The notes below the pieces were generated by a model. The model did no database searches and was not told where the DNA came from. It saw only the letters and a program-made list of their open reading frames with translations. The position numbers were made by a program, and so were the translations under genes. Positions 9,290 through 19,152 of a stretch of 64,000 bases of DNA are shown here, piece by piece; the stretch's first letter is position 1, and each line of letters opens with the position of its first letter. The stretch is from Gammaproteobacteria bacterium (GTDB lineage Bacteria; Pseudomonadota; Gammaproteobacteria; UBA5861), in assembly GCA_022360445.1 (NCBI GenBank), contig JAKSCV010000012.1, forward strand, positions 1,364 to 65,363. Direction: 5' to 3'.

Positions 9290-10441
9290 TTAGCTTGACG
9301 AAGGGTCGTTGGTCATCACGATTGTGCCACTTGCGCCAAACATGCCGCCTACGCCGTGGCAGACCGAAAGCGTTGCGCCTTCGACCTGAGCTGGCGAAGT
9401 ACCGCGCATTTGCCTAACACTCTCTTGCAATGCATACATCCCATACATGCCTGAGTGCATATAGCTAAGACCTCCGCCGTTAGTGTTCATAGGGAGTTTG
9501 CCTCCTGGCGCTGTGTTGCGCTCCCAAATGAAGTCACCAGCTTCTCCAGGTTTGACAAAACCCAAGTCCTCAAGCCCAAAGATTGGCAGGTGCGCGAAAG
9601 CGTCGTAGATCATCAAGTGGTCGACATCACTGTGTTGAATACCGGCTGATTCGAAAGCCTGCCTGCCAGAGACGCGGAATGCCCGGGAGCTGGTGAAACT
9701 TTCCATTTGGCTGATCATTGGCGTCTCGACGCTCTCGCCAGTACCTCTTATGTAAACTGGTTTGGTTTGAAAGTCTTTTGCGCGCTCGGCACTCGTCAGG
9801 ATGAGCGCACCGCCGCCATCAGTAACCAGACAACACTCCAGCAGATGAAAAGGATAAGCAATCATGCGGGAATTCAGTACATCTTCTACTGTGATTGGGT
9901 CTCGGAACGAAGCACGCGGGTGTGCAGCTGCCCATTCTCTTTGCACAACGGCAATGTTAGCCAACTGTTCGTGTGTGAGCCCCATGTCCTTCATGTAGCG
10001 CAAAACGGGGATTGTAAATAGAGTGGGCGGACCCATTGGACCGTAAGGTAACTCAAATTGCCCTTGTAAGTGGGTGGGCAGGACGGGTGGTCGGAATTTG
10101 CCAATCAAGGATTTCCCGCTTTCACCATGGGTGATGAGCACGGTTTCGCACAGCCCAGCATTAATTGCGGCAGCGGCATGCCGAACATGGAGCATGAAAG
10201 AACAACCGCCTACCGATGTGCCGTCGACCCACTTGGGTGTAATGCCTAAATAGTGTGCAATGTGAGTGGGCCACTCCATCGAACAGGCGACGCCGTCGAT
10301 GTCGGATGGTTTTAAACCACAGTCTGTCATGGCATTGAGGGCGGCATCCGCATGCAAGCTGATTTGCGACAGTTCGGGAATTTTCCCCAATTTAGTGGTT
10401 TCTGCCGCACCGACAATCGCAATGGAATTACGTTTCATCAA
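9290..10441 (-). CDS. Thiolase-like protein (SCP-x / lipid-transfer-type acetyl-CoA acetyltransferase family)
   Basis: 383-aa ORF with an N-terminus IAIVGAAETTKLGKIP...DIDGV and a C-terminal NTNGGGLSYMHSGMYGM...CHGVGG, typical of the thiolase fold. It lies 9 nt downstream of a DUF35 gene, which is the usual partner. Confidence 0.85.
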   Translation of the reverse strand: MMKRNSIAIVGAAETTKLGKIPELSQISLHADAALNAMTDCGLKPSDIDGVACSMEWPTHIAHYLGITPKWVDGTSVGGCSFMLHVRHAAAAINAGLCETVLITHGESGKSLIGKFRPPVLPTHLQGQFELPYGPMGPPTLFTIPVLRYMKDMGLTHEQLANIAVVQREWAAAHPRASFRDPITVEDVLNSRMIAYPFHLLECCLVTDGGGALILTSAERAKDFQTKPVYIRGTGESVETPMISQMESFTSSRAFRVSGRQAFESAGIQHSDVDHLMIYDAFAHLPIFGLEDLGFVKPGEAGDFIWERNTAPGGKLPMNTNGGGLSYMHSGMYGMYALQESVRQMRGTSPAQVEGATLSVCHGVGGMFGASGTIVMTNDPSSS

Positions 10442-10450
10442 AAGTCCCCC

Positions 10451-10861
10451 TTACTGCTTGGCCGGCTGGAACTGCGGTAAGTTAATATCATCACTCATTC
10501 GCTCAAAGGTGACTTCCAGTGGCATATCTAGGATCAGCGCTTCGGGTGTTTGATCACAATTCACAATGTTTGACATCATTCTGGGGCCTTCTTCCAGCTG
10601 CACGACGGCGATGGAGTAAGGTCCGTCGTACGATGGGTTTTTGAGATGATTGATTACATAACTAAACAGCGTGGCTTTCCCGCTGGCTTTTTTCCAAGCC
10701 ACATTTCGGGAGCCGCAGGATGGACAAAATGGCCGAGGAGGGAAGTAGTGACTTGCACAGTCGTTACATTGCTGAATATGCAATTCATCCTTCTGGGTGG
10801 CCTCCCAGAAGGGTTTTGTTTCCGGAGTGGCTTCCGGCAGCGGTTTGAAAGGGTTACTCAA
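10451..10861 (-). CDS. DUF35 Zn-ribbon / OB-fold protein (thiolase partner)
   Basis: 136 aa with a four-Cys ribbon CNDC...(x12)...CPSC, followed by an OB-fold-like segment ending in ...VTFE. Confidence 0.85.
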   Translation of the reverse strand: MSNPFKPLPEATPETKPFWEATQKDELHIQQCNDCASHYFPPRPFCPSCGSRNVAWKKASGKATLFSYVINHLKNPSYDGPYSIAVVQLEEGPRMMSNIVNCDQTPEALILDMPLEVTFERMSDDINLPQFQPAKQ

Positions 10862-10892
10862 CGTTGTTCTCCTGAATCAGTTGGAAAGTGAC

Positions 10893-11813
10893 TTATTCTG
10901 CCGTCCATGGGAATACCTGTCCTGAGTGTTCGAAAGGAACAAACGAAGGTTTCATGGCCGGTAATACACGTTCGGTAATGGATTCGACGGTCCAGCCTTC
11001 CCGTGTGTGCATGCCTCGGATAGGGCGTGGTTGGCTGTACAGAAAAATTTCATTATTACGAACGCCAAAAACCTGGGCGTTGACCTCACTGGCGGCATCG
11101 CTGCAGAGGAAGACAGCCATGGGTGCGATCTTGGACGGCGTCATGGCTTTGATGCTGGCAAGCCGCTCTTCACTCATGTGCTGGCCCGTCGGTACTGTGC
11201 CAATGAGGCGGCTCCACGCAGAAGGCGCAATGCAGTTAGAGCGCACATTGTAGCGACTCATATCCAGCGCGATATTTTTGGATAAACCCACCATGCCCAG
11301 CTTGGCCGCGCCGTAATTGGACTGGCCGAAATTGCCAATAAGCCCGGAGCTGGATGTCATATGCACATAGGCGCCGCTTTGTTGTTTACGAAAATGGGGT
11401 GCTGCGGCCCGGGAAACGTTGAAGGCGCCTTTGAGGTGGACCGCGATGACGGCATCAAACTCTTCTTCACTCATTTTATGAAACATACGATCGCGCAGAT
11501 TGCCGGCGTTATTGATGACGGCATCCACACGGCCAAAGTGAGCGATGGCTTGTTCGATCATATTGTGGGTTGCGTCAAAATCGGTGACACTGTCTGTGTT
11601 GGCAATGGCTTCGCCGCCGAGTACTTGGACTTCTTCGACGACCTCCTGGGCCGGACCTTTATCATGGCCGCGACCTCCCTCATCACCGCCAAGATCATTA
11701 ACGACAACGCGTGCACCGTATTTAGCCAGTAACAAGGCAATGTCCCGACCAATACCACGCCCCGCACCGGTTACGATGACGACTTTATCTTGCATTAATG
11801 TTGATTCGCTCAA
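10893..11813 (-). CDS. SDR-family oxidoreductase (MFE-2-type 3-hydroxyacyl-CoA dehydrogenase-like)
   Basis: Contains VVIVTGAGRGIGRDIALLLAKYGARVVVNDLGG and a Y-x3-K motif (YGAAKLG). The ORF track starts at ATG 11855. I prefer the in-frame TTG at 11813 because GGAGGA sits 6 nt upstream of it. The start remains uncertain. Confidence 0.85.
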   Translation of the reverse strand: MSESTLMQDKVVIVTGAGRGIGRDIALLLAKYGARVVVNDLGGDEGGRGHDKGPAQEVVEEVQVLGGEAIANTDSVTDFDATHNMIEQAIAHFGRVDAVINNAGNLRDRMFHKMSEEEFDAVIAVHLKGAFNVSRAAAPHFRKQQSGAYVHMTSSSGLIGNFGQSNYGAAKLGMVGLSKNIALDMSRYNVRSNCIAPSAWSRLIGTVPTGQHMSEERLASIKAMTPSKIAPMAVFLCSDAASEVNAQVFGVRNNEIFLYSQPRPIRGMHTREGWTVESITERVLPAMKPSFVPFEHSGQVFPWTAE

Positions 11814-11872
11814 TGGTTTTCCTCCGTTGTATATTGTTTTGTTATATAAATTCATCGTAGAAGAGGCTATAC

Positions 11873-13036
11873 CTATACAAACGCCCCCATGCCCAGGACT
11901 TCTCGGCCGATAATCAATTTATGAATTTCTGTGGTGCCATCCAGGTAAGTAAATGGACGAGCATCCCGGTAAAGTCTCTCGGCATCGTATTCCTCAGAAA
12001 TACCATAAGCCCCCATCACTTGGGTGGCACGATAGGTAATGCGGATGCCCGCTTCTGTGGCAAATGCTTTTGCCATAGAGCACTCTTTGAAACACTTGGG
12101 GTTCGAGTCTACTAAGATCATGGCCCGGTAAGTCATCAAGCGAGCGGCATCCAGGTCCATCGCCATTTCGGCAATATGTTCTTGCACTAACTGAAATTTA
12201 CCGATTGGGCGGCCAAATTGTTGACGGTCTTGAGCGTATTGAACGGCAATGTCATAAGCTGCTTGGCCAATCCCAACCGAGGCAATAGCTGCTTGAGTGC
12301 GTGCAGCATTAAGGAGCACATAAGTTGCGTCCAGGCCGTCGCCTTCTTGTAAGCGATTTTCAACCGGTACTTCGACATCGCTCAGGCCAATCTCTGCTGA
12401 TGAATAGGAGCGCATACCCATTTTGGGGATGATAGACGCACTAAATCCCAGGGTTGTGGTGGGTACGATAAACCGTCCTTTACCTGTGATATGGCCATCC
12501 CCTTCATCAACATTGGCGACAATGATAATGTAATCGGCGACAGTGCCATTGCTGATCCAGATTTTACTGCCATTGAGTATGTAGCGGTCTCCCTTGCGTA
12601 CGGCCTTGGTTGACATTGCCTCAGTGTTACTGCCGGCATTAGGTTCAGTAATGCCAACGCCGCAAATCATTTTGCCAGCCATGACTGGTTGAACATATTG
12701 TTCAAATTGCTTGGGTGTGGCCACTTTGGCGAGAGATGTGGCCGTGGCTGCTGTAGCACCCACGCTGCCTGCGAGAGAGCAGTACCCACGCCGCAAGTGT
12801 TCCATCAAGATGCCAAAACTGAGATAAGGGAGCTCAAGCCCGCCTTGTTCTTCAGGGAAAAGACAGGAAAAGTAACCGAAGGGTTCGAGTTTTTCGTAGA
12901 AGTCAAACAGGATTTCCCGAGGCAATGGATGGTGGTTTCGATCAAGCTCGGCGGCGACAGGAATGATCTCCTGGTCGACAAATCGCTGAATAGTATCGCG
13001 CAGTAACAGCTGCTCTTCAGACAGCAAAAAGTCCAT
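11873..13036 (-). CDS. Acyl-CoA dehydrogenase
   Basis: 387 aa with a typical ACAD layout: an N-terminal helical domain, then GITEPNAGSN, then a C-terminal ...QVMGAYGISEEYDAERLYRDAR. Confidence 0.9.
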   Translation of the reverse strand: MDFLLSEEQLLLRDTIQRFVDQEIIPVAAELDRNHHPLPREILFDFYEKLEPFGYFSCLFPEEQGGLELPYLSFGILMEHLRRGYCSLAGSVGATAATATSLAKVATPKQFEQYVQPVMAGKMICGVGITEPNAGSNTEAMSTKAVRKGDRYILNGSKIWISNGTVADYIIIVANVDEGDGHITGKGRFIVPTTTLGFSASIIPKMGMRSYSSAEIGLSDVEVPVENRLQEGDGLDATYVLLNAARTQAAIASVGIGQAAYDIAVQYAQDRQQFGRPIGKFQLVQEHIAEMAMDLDAARLMTYRAMILVDSNPKCFKECSMAKAFATEAGIRITYRATQVMGAYGISEEYDAERLYRDARPFTYLDGTTEIHKLIIGREVLGMGAFV

Positions 13037-13621
13037 GTATCCTCCCTCGTGCAGCCGTTATGACTGCCATTCGTGTCACTTTCTAGTTTTATGCATGCTT
13101 TTCGTTAGCTATCTATCATTTTGACGTGAAACAGAATATTTTGGAATGCTTTTGACATTATCTTTTTGTCTTTTCCCAAGAATTGATCATTGTGACTTGC
13201 GAAGAATGGCGCTTTTGATCCCCATACAAACGTCAGGAGGGGTAGGTTGTTGGTGTTCTGAATGGTGTGGCATTGCATGGCAGCGAATGTTGAAAACTCG
13301 CTGAAGCGAAATAAAACCAAGAGCGTATCTCTTCATTAGGTAGTACTGAGAGCGGGATCGCTAGCGTCCCAAATTATTAATTTTTAATTTTCCCTAAAAA
13401 TATTTTTTATAAAGGTTAAACCATTAAAAAATAAACATAATTGGAATATAAATAATGGGCGTGACATAGCTTGGTCTTTCGTTTACGATCCAGGAAAGGG
13501 TTTGTCTGCAATATCTCTAAGGTATTTGCTTTTGAAGCTATTCAGATGATTAGGTTGATTTAAACCGATTGTGCCACATGGAGTGTGTATTAATTCTTGA
13601 AATAATTCCGAGGAGGGCGCT

Positions 13622-15073
13622 GTGAGTTCATACGTTGAATCTAACTCTGTTGTAATGGATTTCTCTAAAGCTTCAATTAATGACGTATTTCAAAAGCAAA
13701 AAAATAACACAAAAAATCGTCGGGAAAACTTTGGTTACGCAGAAAGAGTTGTTGAATTAAAAAATCTGAGAGAAGCGGTTTTAGCTCATGAAGAGCAGCT
13801 CTATGAGGCACTGTACGCCGATTTTAAAAAACCTCAAGAGGAGGTCAAGCTAACTGAAGTGTTTCCTGTGCTTCAGGAAATACGCCATACGCTGTCACAT
13901 CTGAAGGGGTGGATGAAACCAAAGCGAGTAAAGCCTGCGTTATCTGTTTTTGGAACTCATGCTCAGTTGAGACCGGAAGCAAAAGGAACTTGTTTGATTA
14001 TTTCACCGTGGAATTATCCTTTCACATTAAGTTTTGGTCCGCTCGTTTCTGCATTAGCCGCAGGCAACTCAGTCATTATTAAACCCTCAGAGTTGACACC
14101 CAATACGTCGGCGCTCATTGCTGAACTTGTTAAAAAGACCTTCTCTCCCGACTTGGTGTCCGTAGTTGAAGGTGATGCCGAGGTTTCGCAGGCATTGCTG
14201 CAGCTACCATTCGACCACATTTTTTTTACAGGCAGCCCTCAGGTCGGGAAAATAGTCATGGCAGAAGCAGCCAAGTCATTAGCCTCGGTAACGCTTGAGC
14301 TAGGAGGTAAGTCACCGACGATCATTGGTCCAACAGCCAACATTAAGAAGGCTGTGCGAACAATTGTCTGGGGTAAATACGCGAATAACGGACAAACCTG
14401 TATTGCGCCCGATCATATTTTCGTGCATCAGAGTCTGTCTCATGACTTTGCTGAGGCGGTTAATCAGGAGGTTCAGCGTGTTTATGGAAAAACGAATGCT
14501 GAGCAAAAGAGTACACCCGACTACTGCCGGGTTGTGAACGAACGCCACTTTCAGCGTTTATCAGGGCTATTAGAGGATGCAAAAAATAAAGGGGCTGTTG
14601 TATTGCAAGGGGGGGAGCTTGATTCCAGTGATAACTTTATTCCACCTACTATTCTAAAAAACACTTCTGATGATATGCGCATTAATCAGGAAGAATTGTT
14701 TGGTCCGATACTGCCTATTATCGAGTTTGATGATATTGATATGGTTATTAAAAGAATTAACGATAACCCGAAGCCCTTAGCCTTGTATGTTTTTTCTAAA
14801 GATAAATCCTTCACAGGCAATATTATTAATCAAACGAGCTCCGGGGCAGTGGGGGTCAATATCGCAGTTGCGCATTTTTTACACCCTAATATGCCTTTTG
14901 GCGGTGTTAATAATAGTGGTATTGGCGCAGCACATGGCTATTATGGGTTCTTGGCTTTTTCTCATGAAAAAGGGGTTCTGAAGGACTATGCCTCAATTAC
15001 ACATATGTTATTTCCTCCCTATACACCTAAAGTAAAAAAACTCATTAATCTCGTTGTGAAGGTTTTTGGATAA
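13622..15073 (+). CDS. NAD(P)+-dependent aldehyde dehydrogenase, ALDH3 / coniferyl- or fatty-aldehyde dehydrogenase-like
   Basis: 483 aa. GTG start with GAGGAGG 5 nt upstream. Catalytic motifs LELGGKSP and [10 protein letters not shown] are present. Confidence 0.9.
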   Translation: MSSYVESNSVVMDFSKASINDVFQKQKNNTKNRRENFGYAERVVELKNLREAVLAHEEQLYEALYADFKKPQEEVKLTEVFPVLQEIRHTLSHLKGWMKPKRVKPALSVFGTHAQLRPEAKGTCLIISPWNYPFTLSFGPLVSALAAGNSVIIKPSELTPNTSALIAELVKKTFSPDLVSVVEGDAEVSQALLQLPFDHIFFTGSPQVGKIVMAEAAKSLASVTLELGGKSPTIIGPTANIKKAVRTIVWGKYANNGQTCIAPDHIFVHQSLSHDFAEAVNQEVQRVYGKTNAEQKSTPDYCRVVNERHFQRLSGLLEDAKNKGAVVLQGGELDSSDNFIPPTILKNTSDDMRINQEELFGPILPIIEFDDIDMVIKRINDNPKPLALYVFSKDKSFTGNIINQTSSGAVGVNIAVAHFLHPNMPFGGVNNSGIGAAHGYYGFLAFSHEKGVLKDYASITHMLFPPYTPKVKKLINLVVKVFG

Positions 15074-15096
15074 AATAATCAAAAGGTATAAAAAGT

Positions 15097-16692
15097 ATGT
15101 ATGACTATATTATTGTTGGGGCAGGGTCGGCCGGCTGTCTGTTAGCGAATAGGTTGTCTGCAAGTGGTGAAAAGCGTGTTTGCCTCTTGGAGGCGGGGCC
15201 AGAAGATAAAAGTCCGCTAATTCATATGCCTATTGGTATTGCTGTGTTGGCGAATAGTAAAAAGCTCAATTGGCAGTTTAGTACTGTTGAACAAAAAGAA
15301 TTGAATAATCGCACCCTTTTCTGGCCAAGAGGTAAGGCTTTAGGTGGTTCAAGTTCTATCAATGCAATGATTTATATTCGCGGCCATAAAAAAGATTACC
15401 AGGAGTGGGAGCAAGTGGCCGGTAAGAATTGGGGCTGGGAGCGGGTGTTGCCCTTGTTTAAGCGTCTTGAGAATAATCAACGCTTTGTAAATTCAGAGTA
15501 TCATGGTAATACAGGTGAGCTTTATGTGAGTGATCTTCAAACGGTTAATCCGTTAAGTCGATCATTTGTGGACGCAGGTGTCCAATCAGGTCTCCCTTTG
15601 AATCTCGATTTTAATGGTGAAAATCAGGAAGGCGTTGGGCTTTATCAAGTGACGCAAAAAGAGGGTCGTCGCTGGAGCTCAGCAAAAGCATTTTTGACGC
15701 AAGCTAAATCTCGTTCAAATTTGACTATTTTGACTGAAGCACAAGCAACTAAAGTGTTGTTTGATGGAAAGAAAGCTATAGGTGTTTCGTATCAAAAGAG
15801 TGCTGAAAATAAAAATGTCCACTTAAATCCAGGTGGAGAAGTCATCTTATCCGGTGGTGCAGTGCAGTCACCTCAACTTTTGATGCTTTCGGGGATAGGC
15901 GACGCGTCAGAGTTGAATCAGCACGGTATCCCTATCATTCATAACCTGCCGGAAGTTGGTAAGAACCTTCAGGATCATCTTGACGTTACTATCATGAACA
16001 GAGCTAACTCACGGTTACCCATTGCTGTGGCTTTCAGCGCACTCCCCAAATCACTTACGGCAATATTCTCATATATCTTTCGTCGCAAAGGTTTTTTGAC
16101 TAGTAATGTAGGGGAGTCTGGAGGGTTTATGAAAACAGACGAACATTCAGAGCGACCAAATATCCAGTTTCATTTTTTGCCAGCCTATTTGAAAGATCAT
16201 GGTAAGTCCGTTATGCCTGGCTATGGATTCACCTTGCATGTATGTGATTTACTCCCCAAGAGCCGCGGACGTATTGGACTGAACAGTGCGGATCCACTCG
16301 CACCCCCTTTGATTGATCCAAAGTATTTTGACCACCCGGATGATATGAAAACAATGATCGCTGCTGTGAAACGGGCTCGCAAAATTTTTGCTGAGCCAGC
16401 ACTGTTGGCCCACACAAAAAGTCAGGTATTGCCAGAACACCCGATTGAAACCGACGAACAATTAGAAGCCGATATTCGGCAGCGAGCAGAAACAATTTAC
16501 CACCCAGTGGGCACATGTCGTATGGGTGACGATAGTGCCTCTGTAGTGGACCCTGAGTTAAAAGTGCGTGGAGTCGATGGTTTGCGGGTCGTCGACGCTT
16601 CAATTATGCCAACTCTGGTTGCAGGGAATACGAATGCTCCAACGATCATGATTGCAGAAAATGCCGCCGATATGATCTTAAACGCTGATTAG
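15097..16692 (+). CDS. GMC-family FAD oxidoreductase (choline / alcohol dehydrogenase, AlkJ-like)
   Basis: 531 aa with [20 protein letters not shown] (FAD-binding fold), the GMC signature [14 protein letters not shown], and a C-terminal HPVGTCRMG...VVDASIMP. Confidence 0.9.
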   Translation: MYDYIIVGAGSAGCLLANRLSASGEKRVCLLEAGPEDKSPLIHMPIGIAVLANSKKLNWQFSTVEQKELNNRTLFWPRGKALGGSSSINAMIYIRGHKKDYQEWEQVAGKNWGWERVLPLFKRLENNQRFVNSEYHGNTGELYVSDLQTVNPLSRSFVDAGVQSGLPLNLDFNGENQEGVGLYQVTQKEGRRWSSAKAFLTQAKSRSNLTILTEAQATKVLFDGKKAIGVSYQKSAENKNVHLNPGGEVILSGGAVQSPQLLMLSGIGDASELNQHGIPIIHNLPEVGKNLQDHLDVTIMNRANSRLPIAVAFSALPKSLTAIFSYIFRRKGFLTSNVGESGGFMKTDEHSERPNIQFHFLPAYLKDHGKSVMPGYGFTLHVCDLLPKSRGRIGLNSADPLAPPLIDPKYFDHPDDMKTMIAAVKRARKIFAEPALLAHTKSQVLPEHPIETDEQLEADIRQRAETIYHPVGTCRMGDDSASVVDPELKVRGVDGLRVVDASIMPTLVAGNTNAPTIMIAENAADMILNAD

Positions 16693-16860
16693 TTCCAAGG
16701 CCTTAAAGTCCAGCGTATTCATGATACATGGCTACTTTCCGTGTCGATTGCTTAGGCTTTCTTTATTGAGAAGGCCTGTTCGTTATATCGCTATTTAAGG
16801 AGTGGCGGGCTGTTTTTATGTGAGTTAGCTAAACTCATGACTTATTCCAAGGTAGCGGCA

Positions 16861-16890
16861 TTGAAGGAAAAGGTGAATTGCTGCTATAAT
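16861..16890 (+). promoter_or_regulatory. Candidate sigma70 promoter: TTGAAG, 18-nt spacer, extended -10 TGcTATAAT
   Basis: A perfect TATAAT at 16885-16890 is preceded by TG at 16882-16883. TTGAAG lies at 16861-16866. The site is intergenic, about 220 nt upstream of rimP. Confidence 0.35.
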
Positions 16891-17018
16891 CCCGCCTTTG
16901 GAAGTGGGCTCCCTCCTGTGCGGAAAGTAGCATTTTCATCTTTGGTTGGTGTGTTCCCCTTAGTAGGCCAGCGATAGTTAAGTGTTGGTATGACATGTGT
17001 TGCCGGAGAACAGTAATG

Positions 17019-17046
17019 AAAAAGCCCCTTTAATAAGGGGCTTTTT
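17019..17046 (+). terminator. Rho-independent terminator-like hairpin; A-run and T-run flanks suggest it could act bidirectionally
   Basis: AAAAA-GCCCCTT-TAAT-AAGGGGC-TTTTT: a 7-bp stem with a 4-nt loop. It lies 60 nt upstream of the rimP ATG. Confidence 0.7.
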
Positions 17047-17106
17047 CATTATTTAGAGCACATCACGGAATCACGCACCTTTGGTTTTAATGTTTGAGTA
17101 TAGGTC

Positions 17107-17574
17107 ATGAAACGAGCGGCCCCGGGGATATTTGAATGTGTTGGACCTGTGGTTCAGCAGTTAGGCTACCAATTTGTGGGTGCATCTTATGGACAATCTG
17201 AAAATGGCTCAACGCTGAGAGTGTTTATTGATCATGGAAAAGGGATCACAGTGGACGATTGCGCGGTTGTCAGTCATCAACTCAGCGGGGTATTGGATAT
17301 TGAAGAGCCGATTAGGGAGCCTTATGTGTTAGAGGTTTCGTCGCCGGGTCTCGATAGACCGCTTTTTACAGTAGACGATTTTCAAAAGTATGAAGGTGCT
17401 ATTGTGCAGGTACGCATGGCAGTCGGTCAGGAAAATAACCGTAAACGCTTCAAAGGTTTCATCTTAGCAAGTGATAGTAACAGTGATAGTGTTATTATCG
17501 AAGTAGATGGGAAGGAATATAAGCTGTTCATAAGTGAAATGGATGAAGCGAAACTGGTGCCTGACTTCACCTGA
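17107..17574 (+). CDS. rimP: Ribosome maturation factor RimP
   Basis: 155 aa with the motif LEVSSPGLDRPL. It sits immediately upstream of nusA, in the conserved position. Confidence 0.9.
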   Translation: MKRAAPGIFECVGPVVQQLGYQFVGASYGQSENGSTLRVFIDHGKGITVDDCAVVSHQLSGVLDIEEPIREPYVLEVSSPGLDRPLFTVDDFQKYEGAIVQVRMAVGQENNRKRFKGFILASDSNSDSVIIEVDGKEYKLFISEMDEAKLVPDFT

Positions 17575-17631
17575 TTAAAATGTGTTCGCACGTTAGCAGT
17601 ATGGAGACAGTACGTCTGGAGATTAAGCACA

Positions 17632-19131
17632 ATGAATAAAGAAATATTGCTGGTTGCAGATGCGGTATCAAATGAAAAGGGCGTTGATCAGGAAGTTATT
17701 TTTGAAGCGCTCGAGTCGGCTTTGGCTTTCGCAACCCGTAAGCGTGAAACGGTTAATGTAGATGTAAGAGTTTCGATTGACCGTGAGACCGGAGACTATA
17801 GAACCTACCGCCGCTGGGAAATTGTCTCAGATGATGAAGAGCAAGAGTTTCCTACGAAACAGATATCCTTCAGTGCTGCCAAAGAGGAGGACCCTGATAT
17901 ACAGCTAGGGGACTACCTTGAGGAAGAAATTGAGTCAGTCGAGTTTGGTCGAATTGCAGCTCAGGCGGCCAAGCAAGTCATTGTGTCAAAAGTGCGTGAA
18001 GCAGAACGGGCGAAAGTCGTTGCTCAATATGAAGATAAAAAAGGCGACCTCGTCATGGGCATTGTAAGAAGGGTCGATCGTAATGGTGTTTATGTCGACT
18101 TGGGGAATAATGCAGAAGGTTTCGTGCCTCGTGAAGAAATGATTCCTCGAGAAGCCTTTCGCTCAGGCGACAGAATTCGAGGCTACTTAAAAGATGTGAG
18201 ATCGGAAGCAAAAGGCCCTCAGCTATTCGTAAGTCGGACAGCGCCCGAGTTTTTGATTGAACTGTTTAAATTGGAAGTTCCTGAAGTTGGTCAAGGCATT
18301 ATTGAGCTTATGGGAGCGGCGCGTGATCCTGGGTCGCGGGCAAAGATTGCAGTTAGATCAGTTGACCCCCGCTTTGACCCTGTGGGGGCCTGCGTGGGCA
18401 TGCGTGGATCCCGTGTGCAAACTGTTTCTAATGAACTTGCGGGCGAGCGTGTTGATATCATCTTGTGGGACGAAAACCCGGCACAATTTGTTATCAATGC
18501 CATGGCGCCGGCTGAAGTCGTTTCTATTTATGTGGATGAGGATAAGCGATTGATGGATATCGTCGTGGAAGCCGATAAGTTATCGCTGGCGATTGGGCGA
18601 GGCGGGCAAAATGTGCGCTTGGCCAGCCAGTTATCGGGGTGGACCTTGAACGTCATGGATGAGGCGCAGGCAGAAGAAAAATCTGGTCAAGAAATAAAAG
18701 TCATATTGCAGGCCTTTATGGAACAACTGGATGTTGATGAGGAAGTTGCCCAGATTCTTGCTCAAGAAGGCTTTTCGAGTATTGAAGAAGTTGCGTATGT
18801 GCCAACTCAGGAACTGCTTGATATCGAAGAATTTGACGAGGAGATTGTCGAAGAGCTCAGAAATCGTGCGCGCGATGCCTTACTAACACGGGCAATTGCC
18901 AAGGAAGAAAAACTCGAAGATACAATGCCCGAGCAAGACCTTCTTGAAATGGAAGGTATGCCGTCTGGGATAGCGTATCGCTTGGCCAGTCATGGGATAA
19001 AGAACATGGAAGAGCTGGCAGAGCAGTCGGTGGATGATTTGCTCGAAATTGGTGAGATAGATGAAGAAATTGCCGCGCAAATTATCATGAAAGCACGTGA
19101 ACCTTGGTTCACAAATGATGCAGAGAAGTAG
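17632..19131 (+). CDS. nusA: Transcription termination/antitermination factor NusA
   Basis: 499 aa starting MNKEILLVADAVSNEKGVDQEVIFEALESALA, with S1 and KH regions and C-terminal acidic repeats. Confidence 0.97.
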   Translation: MNKEILLVADAVSNEKGVDQEVIFEALESALAFATRKRETVNVDVRVSIDRETGDYRTYRRWEIVSDDEEQEFPTKQISFSAAKEEDPDIQLGDYLEEEIESVEFGRIAAQAAKQVIVSKVREAERAKVVAQYEDKKGDLVMGIVRRVDRNGVYVDLGNNAEGFVPREEMIPREAFRSGDRIRGYLKDVRSEAKGPQLFVSRTAPEFLIELFKLEVPEVGQGIIELMGAARDPGSRAKIAVRSVDPRFDPVGACVGMRGSRVQTVSNELAGERVDIILWDENPAQFVINAMAPAEVVSIYVDEDKRLMDIVVEADKLSLAIGRGGQNVRLASQLSGWTLNVMDEAQAEEKSGQEIKVILQAFMEQLDVDEEVAQILAQEGFSSIEEVAYVPTQELLDIEEFDEEIVEELRNRARDALLTRAIAKEEKLEDTMPEQDLLEMEGMPSGIAYRLASHGIKNMEELAEQSVDDLLEIGEIDEEIAAQIIMKAREPWFTNDAEK

Positions 19132-19152
19132 TAGTCGAGGAGACGTGAGTAG

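Noticed and set aside
16693-17106. Expected an initiator tRNA (metY) upstream of rimP, as in E. coli
   Set aside because: I found no cloverleaf-compatible sequence, no GGTTCGAATCC/GGTTCAAATCC T-arm and no CAT anticodon loop context. I reported the promoter/terminator unit as a separate finding instead.
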